Assembly: GCA_024434115.1 (NCBI GenBank)
Contig: QMIT01000004.1
Coordinates: 106,632-170,631, forward strand
Source: Chloroflexota bacterium
Lineage (GTDB): Bacteria > Chloroflexota > Anaerolineae > Aggregatilineales > J027
Reading direction: 5' to 3'
Length of the DNA stretch: 64,000 nt
Position numbers and translations under genes: made by a program. Shown here one piece after another: positions 10,801 to 20,603 of the stretch; within the stretch, counting starts at the first letter, position 1, and every line of letters starts with the position of its first letter. The notes under the pieces were generated by a model. It did no database searches. It worked only from the letters and a program-made list of their open reading frames with translations, and was not told where the DNA came from.

Positions 10801-13800
10801 TTGGATGAACTTTCCAACATAGCCTATTTCACTGCCGGATCACGTCAGGAATACAGCTTCATCTCCAATTCGACGGGTGTGATTAACCGTATCGAGATGC
10901 CACATGTCGGCGACCCGATTGCCGACCCTGACCCCGAAACTATGCGGGTGCTGTTGGTGGATGATTTGACGGGCCTTCAAACGGGTGGACAGGTCACAGG
11001 CGATTTCAACATGGCGCAAGACGGCCTCCGCACCTTTGGTGTCCCTGCCACCATCGCATTTGCCGAACCCTTTCCGGTGGTTAAAGGCAATGTCTATAAA
11101 CTGATCGTTATGCCCGATGATTTCTTAGGCATATTCGGTCAGGTGGTCGTGACCGAACTCCCATGGGACGACCCCGTGCCCACCAAAGTCTGCCCCCTGC
11201 CCTCAGACATAGAATTCTCAAAAGACAACGCTTCCGGGTTGTGTGATATTACCGATGCGGGCATTGACCCCTATGGCTCCCATTATCTCGGCGTCGAAAC
11301 CCATATCGGCGAATGGGATGATGTGGAACAAAAACGGGATTTGCTGCTGCACTACCTCAACATCGGTGATTATTTCACCATTTCCAGCAACCGTTTCTAT
11401 GACACCCTATCCCGCATCCCGTCACGCTGGCCCATGACCAACCGCTACTATGAGGCATTGTTCTCCGGCGAACTGGGTTTGGAATTGGTCGAGTCGTTTA
11501 CCTCGTATGCCAAAGTTGGCCCGTTGGAATGGCCCGATGAGGTATTGCCCACCGAAAACACTTGGCCTCCCAATTGGCGTAATGAATTTGAGGCCGAAGA
11601 AGCCTTCCATGTCTATGACCATCCGGCGGTTTTTATTTTCCGCAAGACCTCCGAGTATTCGCCCGAAAAAGCCGCTGAGATTTTGGGCGTTGAACTGCGC
11701 CGCGCCGACCAAGCCTATGGTGCATTGCTGACCGATGCCGAACCCATCAATATCATCAAATGGGACGCCTTCGACGCCACCCAAAGTCCGACAGCCCTGC
11801 AAATTCCGCAGTTCCAACAAAAGACCCAGCGCGAGGGCGGTACATGGTCGGAGATGTTTAACCGCAATTCCATTCTGAACAAATATCAGGTGGTCGGGTT
11901 GATCGCTTGGTGGCTGCTGATGGTCGCCGTTGGGTGGATGGTTCTGCCCATGTTGGCCCTGTTGTTCCCCGGCCTGCCAGATCGTGGCTTTGGTGCGGCC
12001 AAACTGCTCGGCTGGATTTTGGTGGCGTGGGCCTCATGGTTTACCAGTTCGCTTGGTATCAGAATGTGGAATCAAAGCGGCTTGCTCGCCCTCCTGCTCA
12101 TTTTGGCGATCATCAACGCGGGGATTGCCTTCTGGAAACGGCGCGATTTGTTTGAATTCCTCCGCGAACGCCGCCGCCATCTGCTGATTATCGAAGGCAT
12201 CTCGCTGGCCCTTTTCCTCTTGATGATTGGGGTACGGCTTGGCAATCCTGACCTCTGGCATCAAAATCTCGGTGGCGAAAAACCGATGGACTTTGCCTAC
12301 CTTAATGGTATCCTCCGCAGCACCACCTTCCCCCCAATGGATCCTTGGTTTACGGGTGGCTACATCAATTACTATTATTGGGGCTGGGTGTTGGTCGGTG
12401 CGCCAATTAAAGCCCTCGGCATCGTTCCCACCATTGGCTATAACTTCGCCGTCCCCACCATCTTTGCTATGACGGGCATCGGCGCGTTTAGTGTCGCCTA
12501 CAACCTTGTGCAGTGGAACAACGAACGTCGTCACCAAGAACCCAAGTCACGTGAGGCGCATGGGCCATTAGGCAATGCCTACATCGCCGGGGTCGCCGCC
12601 TTGATTCTGACGGTGCTGGCGGGCAATCTCGACACAGTGCGTGTATTTGGCAACGCTGTAGCCCAGCAAGGTGGGTGGAAAGGCCCACAAATTCTCAGCA
12701 CGGTGCGTTATAACAAGGCCGTCAGCGAATTTGAGGAAGAAAATGGACGACTCCCCGACCCCGAAGAAGACAAAGACCTGCGTGAAGTCGCTGAAAATTA
12801 CAATCTGCTCGATGAGATTAAATTCGAATTCGACAAGGCCTCGTCATGGTTAGACGGTTTCCAAGAGGGCCTACCCGACATACTCGATGGCAAGCCGCTG
12901 CCAATGGCATCCAATCGCTGGTATTGGGGGCCGACCCGTGTAATTGGGGATATTCCCGAACAGCGTGGTCGCAACGCCATTAACGAAATGCCCTATTTCA
13001 CCTTTCTGTACGCCGACCTGCACGCCCATATGGTCGCTATGCCCATGACACTGTTGGTGCTGCTGTTGGTCTTGGGTGAGATTTTCGGGGCGGGGCGGGG
13101 TCTGCGCGGGCCGATCACCTCCGTGTTTGCGATGCTTTTGCTTGGCCTCGTGGTCGGCCTCTTGAAACCCACCAATACATGGGATTGGCCCACCTATATG
13201 GGAATTACTGTCGCGGGTCTGACCTTTGCGGCATGGTTGGGTCAGGGTCGTCTGCGCGGTGAAGGCGAGCCTGTCGCATTTTATTATCGCCTGCGCCGCC
13301 TGCTCGATCTACGCAATATGTTGTCGCTATGGCCTTTGCTTTTGGTCATCCCAATGGGCATGATGCTCCGCAGCGGCCTATACCTTTACCAAAATCGCAG
13401 CTACGAAAATAAGCTGCATCAGAATCTCATCCCGACCTATTGCCAGAACTTGCCCGAAGATATTCTGCAATCCCAAATCCCCCCTGCTTGTGATGGTCTC
13501 TTGAAACCAGAGATTACCATCAACAGCATTGCCATGTGGGGTGTTGGGGCGGTGGGTCTTGTCATCGTGCTCTATATCGCCGCAATGGTCTTGATGGGCA
13601 ACCGCTTTGATCGGCGCGGCATCCTCAGTTGGATCGGGTCATTGGTGGCGTTTGGGTCATTTAGCCTGATTGCCATCTACCCCTATGAACGTTTCTTCGC
13701 CACCGCCTATGGCAAAATCTTGCCGTGGGAAAGTGATAAAACGCCGCTGTGGGCCTATATGGATATTCACGGCGTATTCCTATTTATCATCTTTTCCCTG

Positions 13801-14991
13801 CTGCTGTGGCAGACCATCCGCTGGCTCAAATCGCATAAAGTTGGTGAACTGCGCCCATATGGAGTCGCCACACTCGGAGGTTTGTTCTTCCTGCCTGCTG
13901 TTCTATTGGTCACATTGGTCATGGGGGTCTTTGGGGAATATCGTGTCTTGATTGCCGCCCTGCCCCTCTTTGCATGGTGCATTTTCTTGTTCCTACTCCC
14001 CGGTCAAAGCGCTGTCGAGCGGGCCATCTACACCATTGCCGCCCTCGCCCTCGCCTTAACAATGGCCGTCGAACTCGTGGTGCTCGAAGGCGATATTGGC
14101 CGTCAAAACACGGTCTTTAAATTCTATATTCAAGCATGGCTGTTATTCAGTATCGCCTGCGGGGTTGGATTAGCATGGCTCATCCGGGCCGCCGAGCAAT
14201 GGAGCATCCCGACACGCGGGGTCTGGCAAACGGCGACAGCTACCTTGTTAAGCATCGCCCTGCTCTATCCCATCATGGCGACCCAAGCGCGTTTCCTTGA
14301 CCGCATGAACGCGCAGGAAACCCCGCTGACCCTTGATGGCATGGCCTATATGGAAGTCGCCCCACACGGCGAATATGCCGACCCCAATGACCAAACCACC
14401 AGCGTTTGGTTTAATCTCAGCGGCGATTATAAATTGATCCGCTGGATGCAGGACAATGTACAAGGTAGCCCCACCATCATCGAAGCCCAACTCAGCGAAT
14501 ACCGTTGGGGCAGCCGTGTCAGCATCTACACAGGCCTCCCCACCATCTTGGGCTGGAATTTCCACCAACGTCAACAGCGCAACATCAACCTGCTCAATAA
14601 CATGGTCTGGAATCGCGCCAACAATGTGCAGGCCTTTTATACCACCACCGACATTCAGACCGCGTGGGATTTGATCCGCTTCTATAAAGCCGAGTATATT
14701 GTGGTCGGCACGTTGGAACGCATCCAATACCGTGATTTCCGCACCGACCCCGATGGCACTTTTTATCAGCGTCAATCACTAGGGATAGCCAAATTTGACA
14801 CAATGGTCGAGATGGGTCTGCTCGAAGTCGTTTATGCAAACCCGGTGTGTGTCATGCCCGATATTCGAGACGTTGAAAAATGCCCACCGGAACGCATTAG
14901 CACCGACAAAATCTATCGCGTCATATCCGATGTTCGCACCGTTTTAGATTTACCCGCCAATCAACGAATTTTTGGCAAGGTCACACCCTAA
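7873..14991 (+). CDS. 2372-aa fusion: N-terminal PMT/GT39-like GT-C module, soluble repeats, C-terminal DUF2298 (YYY) module
   Basis: N-terminal HLHPDERF, VYGEFP, IQQSHFWTAD. C-terminal GGEKPMDFAYLN..FPPMDPWF.GGYINYYYWG, INEMPY..DLHAH, R.NTVFKFY.Q.W, TGLPTILGW.FH.RQQR. Confidence 0.88.
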   Translation: MTDAENRFPDPIETSPGLEPDLEPVTQAPETISDEGYDGPVATPQFDYHDYAAPAAEKAALARRYEWGIAKIPWADVFCALVLVALMAGGYWMRSVGRNWDDYTHLHPDERFLTQVASEIHSDSPLRLSQGDTIAAKTACDKKYPLPPADVLNAMSPADQAEAYAEAGKGGYFDTACSNLNPHNVGYGFYVYGEFPTFNTRIWAEIYNDLTGESWWTSYNAVQLVGRAASSVADTLTILLIFLIGARLFNRWVGLFAAGFYAFAAFPIQQSHFWTADVFTSFWVVLTIYFAVLAMDNSSAYRQRFATLPWVVGGIAIWVWEIVAQQSDSKWLHNLASADTEFYVPLLIYVAVLLIMGFVTSLAAEQRRTGLETATFAVSVVVLFILAVSGIIGWFGAIATAFVAVVLMLLWISGVHALGGYTGFWTWIAAAYGLWVFDGLAHYDQPTLTPLAVYLVFFVILAFISSIIRQLKPASTQYPTHLVIIIFLLVLLAVWSAAALIDGTISVEGFFASLVLGAIIAGANVAGLQDYAGFGLAFGASLAGRVNVAPLLGLVLLAVIIRGLFTLDRRALHFERQQQIARLMVGLIIAAVLTIAAFRVLQPHAFSGPHIYNLSINSYWQDDLSEVRGQVSGKSDSPPNHQWANRVPYLFPLQNIVLYGLGVLLGLSAVVGVIWAVVNIVRRQPNWTRVAIPVAWAVVYFAYFGKNWVTTMRYFLPIYAVLTLMASWALWEAISITHRRLKIKPTTLRRVAFGLATLTLAVVTGYTAVYGYAFTSIYRQQLTRVAASQYFQEYIPGDFGLWVKRTDGSERMINVGIYPTAQFPQIAHIADGESMTVEIAPEINSELVSVVLHRLGDPNRDPDLELVSVQVWSKDTVQGRVLLGDETINADLNAAGGDFGTEYSLEFNPPLILAATLDSVTPITYEVVITAEQGGPIMLSANISDPLLPINPSHISMYLRDPIADSLTVQELDLPVLDELSNIAYFTAGSRQEYSFISNSTGVINRIEMPHVGDPIADPDPETMRVLLVDDLTGLQTGGQVTGDFNMAQDGLRTFGVPATIAFAEPFPVVKGNVYKLIVMPDDFLGIFGQVVVTELPWDDPVPTKVCPLPSDIEFSKDNASGLCDITDAGIDPYGSHYLGVETHIGEWDDVEQKRDLLLHYLNIGDYFTISSNRFYDTLSRIPSRWPMTNRYYEALFSGELGLELVESFTSYAKVGPLEWPDEVLPTENTWPPNWRNEFEAEEAFHVYDHPAVFIFRKTSEYSPEKAAEILGVELRRADQAYGALLTDAEPINIIKWDAFDATQSPTALQIPQFQQKTQREGGTWSEMFNRNSILNKYQVVGLIAWWLLMVAVGWMVLPMLALLFPGLPDRGFGAAKLLGWILVAWASWFTSSLGIRMWNQSGLLALLLILAIINAGIAFWKRRDLFEFLRERRRHLLIIEGISLALFLLMIGVRLGNPDLWHQNLGGEKPMDFAYLNGILRSTTFPPMDPWFTGGYINYYYWGWVLVGAPIKALGIVPTIGYNFAVPTIFAMTGIGAFSVAYNLVQWNNERRHQEPKSREAHGPLGNAYIAGVAALILTVLAGNLDTVRVFGNAVAQQGGWKGPQILSTVRYNKAVSEFEEENGRLPDPEEDKDLREVAENYNLLDEIKFEFDKASSWLDGFQEGLPDILDGKPLPMASNRWYWGPTRVIGDIPEQRGRNAINEMPYFTFLYADLHAHMVAMPMTLLVLLLVLGEIFGAGRGLRGPITSVFAMLLLGLVVGLLKPTNTWDWPTYMGITVAGLTFAAWLGQGRLRGEGEPVAFYYRLRRLLDLRNMLSLWPLLLVIPMGMMLRSGLYLYQNRSYENKLHQNLIPTYCQNLPEDILQSQIPPACDGLLKPEITINSIAMWGVGAVGLVIVLYIAAMVLMGNRFDRRGILSWIGSLVAFGSFSLIAIYPYERFFATAYGKILPWESDKTPLWAYMDIHGVFLFIIFSLLLWQTIRWLKSHKVGELRPYGVATLGGLFFLPAVLLVTLVMGVFGEYRVLIAALPLFAWCIFLFLLPGQSAVERAIYTIAALALALTMAVELVVLEGDIGRQNTVFKFYIQAWLLFSIACGVGLAWLIRAAEQWSIPTRGVWQTATATLLSIALLYPIMATQARFLDRMNAQETPLTLDGMAYMEVAPHGEYADPNDQTTSVWFNLSGDYKLIRWMQDNVQGSPTIIEAQLSEYRWGSRVSIYTGLPTILGWNFHQRQQRNINLLNNMVWNRANNVQAFYTTTDIQTAWDLIRFYKAEYIVVGTLERIQYRDFRTDPDGTFYQRQSLGIAKFDTMVEMGLLEVVYANPVCVMPDIRDVEKCPPERISTDKIYRVISDVRTVLDLPANQRIFGKVTP

Positions 14992-14993
14992 AA

Positions 14994-17900
14994 ATGGCAC
15001 AAATTCAGCAATCAACTTCATCGCGCCGCAACTCCAGCGCATTTAACCCACTTTGGCTGTTATGGCTCATTCCGGCGGCAGCAGTAGTCGTATCTATCGC
15101 AAACTATTTTGGCTGGTTCCATTTCGATGGCGTCATTCCCAAATTTGACAGCCTGCGCTGGGAATTATTCACCAATTGGGCCGGACGTGAACTCGATGAT
15201 GTGCTGGTCTGGTGGCTACTGGTGACACTCGCTGGCGCGGCGGTGTTCCCTTTGATGTTCCGCCTCATGCCCGGTCTCTCCGATAGGGGCTATACATTGG
15301 CGCGGGCCGCTGGTTTGATGCTGATCGGTTATATTTTCTGGTTTCTTGCCAGTATCGGTGTCCTGCGCAATGAAGTCGGCGGGATGGCCTTTGCATGGAT
15401 TGTGGTCATTATCTTAAGTTTAGTTGCATGGTTTCGCGGATCAGATTGGCCTGTGCGGGCGGAAATCCGCGCATGGCTACGTGAAAACCTGCCCCTGATT
15501 ATTTTCACCGAAGTGTTGTTTCTTGGCGCGATGATTATTTGGGCCTTTGTGCAGGCCCATAACCCCGAGATTACCTCCACCGAAAAACCGATGGAGATGG
15601 CTTTTATCAACGGCGTCCGCAACTCTGCCACCTTCCCCCCCAAAGACCCTTGGATGGCGGGCTATGCCATCAGCTACTACTATTTTGGTTATGTCATCAC
15701 CGCCTCGCTTGGCGATTTGAGCGGTATGACTACGGGAATCGCCTTCAAATTGGTCAATCCGTTGCTGTTCGCCATGACCCTCACGGGCATTTTGGGTATC
15801 ACCTACAATCTAGTACGGGCGGGTGGGCATTTACGCACATGGCGCGTGGGCAATCGTCATGCCGCCCTTGCGGCTGGGTTGTTAGCCGCGTTTTTCATCA
15901 CCATTATGGGCAATCTAGGCACGTTTTTGGTCGAAATGCCCTATCGCGGGTACACCTCCGAAACGCCGATTATCAAAGATGTGGTCAACGCGGATTATTT
16001 CGATTTTTGGGATGTGCGGGATCGCACCGGGCCATTTATGGTGCAAAATGTCACCGATCCCCAAACGGGCCTGCCTGCCGTGCATCTGCTCGATACCGAT
16101 ACCTATGTCAGCCCTGAAGACCCTATAACGCAGAATTACGTATTCGCCCCGGATGAAGACCGTGATGGTATTCCCAATTGGGATGATACCGATGATGCCG
16201 AACTTGAAGAAGCGGGCAATAAGTGGGAATTTTGGTGGTGGTTTAAACAAAGCCGCCTTGTTTATGACAAAAAATTCAGCGGTGGTTATGAGGAAGCCAT
16301 CACCGAATTTCCGCAGTTCAGCTTTATCTTGGGCGACAATCATCCCCACGTGTTGGCCCTGCCCTTCACCCTCCTAATCATTGGCCTAGCCGCCAGCCTT
16401 GCCATGCGGCCCACCAAACTCGCCAATTGGGAAATCCTCCTTTACGGTGTATTTTTCGGCGGCATTGTCTTTATGAATGCGTGGGATGCCCTCTATCTTG
16501 GCCTATTGGTCGGGGCGGAGGCACTGCGCCGCTTGATGCACAATGGCACAGGTGGATTAAATGGCTTTGGTGAATTAGGCCGCGTCATCACCCTAGAAAC
16601 CCGCCGCAAACAAAACCTTTATCTAGTCGGGCCTGTGTTTATCGCCCTCATGTTGCTTTTCGCCACCTCCGATACATTGGGCGATGGCTTATCTATCGGC
16701 GAAATCCTCATCGGTCTAATATTGGTCGCTCCCGTTACCTTGATTGTCAATTGGGCCTTAGATGACAACGATTGGGGGTCAGTCGTTCGGCTGGGTGGCT
16801 CGCTGGTGATTCTCTTTATCTTACTCTATCTCCCATGGCTGGTCAGTTTCACCAGTCAATCGCAAGGCATGTCAGCCAATTTGATTTATCCCACTCGTTC
16901 ACAGCAGCTATTTTTGCAATTTGGCATCTTTGGCCTGCTGATTTTGCCCTTCATTTTCCAGCAAATGGGTCGGGCGGGGCGGCGTATTCGGTATGGCGTG
17001 GTGATCGGGTTGATCTTGCTCGGTTTGATTTTTGCTGTTGGTGTCCCACTGTTCTCCGCCTATATTGTGGACAGCCGCACCTGCCCCCTACAAAAAGGCC
17101 AAGAAGGACTCATTGGGACACTTGCTGAACCCGCCCGTTCCAATTGCCAAGCGCGATTTCGGCTGTTTAGTGAACTGCGCGACGATAATGAAGTCCGCCA
17201 AGTCAAACTTTTGGGGCAGGATTTAGGCGAACTCTCCAAGACGCGCTTGACCCTCTATACCGTCTATCAGCGCCGACTCGGAGCCTTAGCTGGTCAATTC
17301 GTCCTGCTGACCATCGCCGCCATTATCGTGATGCGCCTGTTTGCCCGCAATCCGAATGCACGAGACGATGATAAACCGACCCCGATTATTGATTACAGCC
17401 CCGGCACTGGGGTAGCCCTCTTGCTGATTGCGATGGGCGTGGTCACGACTTTTGTTCCCGATGTCATCTACCTGATTGACAACTTCGGCAACCGCATGAA
17501 CACCATCTTTAAGCTCTACTATCAAAGCTGGACGTTGTTCAGCATCGGCGCGGCCTACGCGATCTTTGCCATTTTGAACGGCGCTCCCAATCGAGCCGAT
17601 GAGGAAAATCGTATCGCCCCGGTGTCCGTTTTTGTGCTGCGTGGGGTCTATGTGGTAGGGCTGCTCTATCTTTTGTGGGCGGGGGCGCTGTATCCTTATT
17701 ATGCGGTACGGTCACGGGCACTATACGAAACGAATTTGGATGACCAATTGGCGATGATTGAGGATTGCCAAGCCCTCGGTGCAACGGATTGCCCCGGCGT
17801 CCCTAAAATCTCACTGGACGCTGGCCCAACCATTGTTCAAGCGATCGGCACCGACGAATGGAAACTTATCAACGAATGTTTTATGAAGCTCGAACCCCGC

Positions 17901-18269
17901 AAAAATGATGCGATTTTGGTTGAGACTCCCGGCGGTGGCTACACAGCGCATCTGGGACGGGTCAGCATGTTGACGGGCATTCCTACTCTGTTGGGTTGGG
18001 ACAATCATGAACGGCAGTGGCGCGGCGATACCTACGGCGACGTGGCAGGCAATCGTGAAGGGGATATTTTCACCCTCTACACTACTGAGGATTGGAACAC
18101 CGCGCAGGATATTATAGATAAATACGGCATTGATTATGTCATGGTCGGCAATTCGGAGTTTAATACCTATGGCGGTCAAGACTCCGGTGGCCTCAGTAAA
18201 TTTAGCGAACTTTTAGACCCGGTTTGTCACGAAGGCAGTGTGGCCCTCTATCGGGTCAGTGCGGAATAG
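14994..18269 (+). CDS. DUF2298 / YYY membrane protein (predicted GT-C)
   Basis: TEKPMEMAFIN..FPPKDPWMAGYAISYYYFG, ITEFP.FSF..GD.HPH, RMNTIFKLYYQ.W, TG.PTLLGW.NHE.QWR. Confidence 0.9.
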   Translation: MAQIQQSTSSRRNSSAFNPLWLLWLIPAAAVVVSIANYFGWFHFDGVIPKFDSLRWELFTNWAGRELDDVLVWWLLVTLAGAAVFPLMFRLMPGLSDRGYTLARAAGLMLIGYIFWFLASIGVLRNEVGGMAFAWIVVIILSLVAWFRGSDWPVRAEIRAWLRENLPLIIFTEVLFLGAMIIWAFVQAHNPEITSTEKPMEMAFINGVRNSATFPPKDPWMAGYAISYYYFGYVITASLGDLSGMTTGIAFKLVNPLLFAMTLTGILGITYNLVRAGGHLRTWRVGNRHAALAAGLLAAFFITIMGNLGTFLVEMPYRGYTSETPIIKDVVNADYFDFWDVRDRTGPFMVQNVTDPQTGLPAVHLLDTDTYVSPEDPITQNYVFAPDEDRDGIPNWDDTDDAELEEAGNKWEFWWWFKQSRLVYDKKFSGGYEEAITEFPQFSFILGDNHPHVLALPFTLLIIGLAASLAMRPTKLANWEILLYGVFFGGIVFMNAWDALYLGLLVGAEALRRLMHNGTGGLNGFGELGRVITLETRRKQNLYLVGPVFIALMLLFATSDTLGDGLSIGEILIGLILVAPVTLIVNWALDDNDWGSVVRLGGSLVILFILLYLPWLVSFTSQSQGMSANLIYPTRSQQLFLQFGIFGLLILPFIFQQMGRAGRRIRYGVVIGLILLGLIFAVGVPLFSAYIVDSRTCPLQKGQEGLIGTLAEPARSNCQARFRLFSELRDDNEVRQVKLLGQDLGELSKTRLTLYTVYQRRLGALAGQFVLLTIAAIIVMRLFARNPNARDDDKPTPIIDYSPGTGVALLLIAMGVVTTFVPDVIYLIDNFGNRMNTIFKLYYQSWTLFSIGAAYAIFAILNGAPNRADEENRIAPVSVFVLRGVYVVGLLYLLWAGALYPYYAVRSRALYETNLDDQLAMIEDCQALGATDCPGVPKISLDAGPTIVQAIGTDEWKLINECFMKLEPRKNDAILVETPGGGYTAHLGRVSMLTGIPTLLGWDNHERQWRGDTYGDVAGNREGDIFTLYTTEDWNTAQDIIDKYGIDYVMVGNSEFNTYGGQDSGGLSKFSELLDPVCHEGSVALYRVSAE

Positions 18270-18292
18270 GATCGTTTTGCATGGAAGTCCCC

Positions 18293-20569
18293 ATGAATTT
18301 AGAATCCCGTCCTACCGTCAGCGGAATACGGCTCAATATTTCCGGTGAAGTGCTGGCCTATCTCGCCCTGCTCATTTTGGCGGGTGCGCTGCGCCTAATC
18401 TCGCTCGATCACGCCCCCCTGACCAACCGTGAGGCCCATGACGCCCTTGCTGCCTTGCGCTTGGTCAATACCCGCGTGCCGGGGGATACCGTCGTCGCCG
18501 ACAGCCCCATGATGGCCTTTGTCAACATGCTCCTGTTTATTTTCTTGGGCAATGCCGACAGCGTGGCGCGTCTTGGCACAGCCATTATGGGCACATTATT
18601 GGTCTTAGGCCCGCTGTTGTGGCGTGGCTTTTTGGGGCGTGTCACGGCCTTAAGTTTCGCGCTTCTGCTGACCTTTTCCCCGGTGGCGATGGCCGCTTCC
18701 CGCACAATGGGTGCGGCGACATGGACGATGGCAGTGGTATTTATCGGCGGTTGGTGTCTCTGGCAATACATCCAGACCCGCAGCAAAGCCTATGCCATCA
18801 GCGCAACAATGGCAGGCAGCGCGATTTTGCTCCTGACCGAGACAACAGGCATCATGACTGCCATCGGTCTATTGTGTGGCTTGGCGTTGGCCCTGTGGTC
18901 ATCCCGTAATCTAATTTCCGAAACTGACGCCAAAACGCCCGCCGAGACCCTGCGCGAAATTTCCAAATCATGGCCTTTGGTTGAAGGGCTGATGGGCGCA
19001 TTAGCCTTAGTGCTGGTGGTCGGTACGGCCCTATTTTTCGCCCCATCTGGTCTCACTGCTGCGGGCAACACCATCAGCCAATTTATTGATGGCATCAACC
19101 ATCGCACAGCGGGTGTCCCTTATCCCTATGCCTTTGTGGTCAGCCTGCGTTATGACCTCGGTTTAGTGTTATTTGGATTAGTGGGCCTCTATTTCGCCTT
19201 GAGTGAGGGCAATTTCCTAACCCGTTTTTTTGCTGGCTGGTTTATGTGGGCCATCCTCGCCGCCATTCTCTACCCCGGCGCAACACCCGATGCCGCCTTA
19301 TGGATTACCATGCCTGCCGCTGGTTTGGGGGCGTTTATCATCACCCGCATGTGCCACAGCGCCCAAACGGGTTATTGGATTGTGCCGAATTGGGGCATCC
19401 CGGCCCATGCTGTTGGGGTGGCTTTGCTGCTGACCGCCCTCTCGGTGAATGGCTTGGTCGTAGGGCGTGCCTTACAGCGTGAAGCCTTCCCCGGCAACTA
19501 CAAACCCATCAATTTTACTGCCACCGAAAAATCACAGGGGACACTGACTTCTGGCGCACGTATCGGCTCATTTTATGATCCGCAAAACTCACTCAGTACC
19601 TTCCCGCTGTATGTCACGGTTCAGCCAACCGCGCTGGTGGTGCAGATTTGGCGTCTCGATGGCAACATCGCCCCCCAGCTAACCGTCTTGGACGAAAACC
19701 AACAGGTGATTTATGGCCCATTCGCCTATCCCCCGGATGGCGGCAAGGGCATTGTGGAACGTTTGGATTTGCCAACAGGCACTTATTTTCTAAATGTCAC
19801 CCCTTCCGCTGAGACCTTAAACGAGCGTGGGCAATATCTGGTTATGACCTATCCCGCCGATTACAAAGAACGGGACAGTTTCTATTTGGATATTCCCTAT
19901 ATCCTTGCCACATTCCGCATTTTGCAGGCCAATCCGCCTCTGCCTGTGACCGCGCCGCTGGTGTTGTTGTTCTCGCTCCTCCTGCTGATTATTCTGTTTT
20001 TCTTGGTGGGCAGTCTGTGGGGTAGCCGGGCCGCGTGGCGGGGCTTAGGTTTTGGCATATTGGCCTATTTCAGCTTATATGGTATCGGCTTGGGCTGGCA
20101 GGCCAGTGTCACTTTTGCCGATGACCCCCGCGAACTGTGGCAAAGCCGCGACACCGCTGTGAATTATGACGCGATGGTGGACACCTTGAAATTTATGTCG
20201 CGTCAGGACAACGGTGAAGAATATCGTATTGACATCACCGTCCACGCGCCGGATGATGGTGCATTGGCATGGGCGCTGCGTAATTTTGAGCGCACCCAGT
20301 TCGTCGAAGGCATAGGCATCGAAATCAACTCCGCCGTTGTCATCGCGCCCCCCACTCCAAGTGGTCAAGCATTAGACATCGGGGCGGATTATGTGGGCCA
20401 AGATGTGATTTTGACCCGCCATTACGAACTCAGTTGGCTGAGTTGGGTGGATACACTCGGCTGGCTAACCCTACGCGAAACCCGTTATCCAACCGTGCCG
20501 GATCAAAAGATGATGTTATGGGTACGTAAAGATGTGTATGGAGTGGATGAAGTCCCCGTCAGCCAGTGA
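18293..20569 (+). CDS. Divergent TIGR03663/Agl23-like GT-C membrane protein with an inserted PPC-like domain
   Basis: LRLISLDHAPL...EA N-terminus, SP....ASR, LAWALRNF and C-terminal YVGQD. Start placed at the ATG after GGAAG because the track start (18224) overlaps the upstream gene. Confidence 0.65.
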   Translation: MNLESRPTVSGIRLNISGEVLAYLALLILAGALRLISLDHAPLTNREAHDALAALRLVNTRVPGDTVVADSPMMAFVNMLLFIFLGNADSVARLGTAIMGTLLVLGPLLWRGFLGRVTALSFALLLTFSPVAMAASRTMGAATWTMAVVFIGGWCLWQYIQTRSKAYAISATMAGSAILLLTETTGIMTAIGLLCGLALALWSSRNLISETDAKTPAETLREISKSWPLVEGLMGALALVLVVGTALFFAPSGLTAAGNTISQFIDGINHRTAGVPYPYAFVVSLRYDLGLVLFGLVGLYFALSEGNFLTRFFAGWFMWAILAAILYPGATPDAALWITMPAAGLGAFIITRMCHSAQTGYWIVPNWGIPAHAVGVALLLTALSVNGLVVGRALQREAFPGNYKPINFTATEKSQGTLTSGARIGSFYDPQNSLSTFPLYVTVQPTALVVQIWRLDGNIAPQLTVLDENQQVIYGPFAYPPDGGKGIVERLDLPTGTYFLNVTPSAETLNERGQYLVMTYPADYKERDSFYLDIPYILATFRILQANPPLPVTAPLVLLFSLLLLIILFFLVGSLWGSRAAWRGLGFGILAYFSLYGIGLGWQASVTFADDPRELWQSRDTAVNYDAMVDTLKFMSRQDNGEEYRIDITVHAPDDGALAWALRNFERTQFVEGIGIEINSAVVIAPPTPSGQALDIGADYVGQDVILTRHYELSWLSWVDTLGWLTLRETRYPTVPDQKMMLWVRKDVYGVDEVPVSQ

Positions 20570-20603
20570 GGGATTTGGCGCTCCACTGTGTAGTATAGGA
20601 TTT

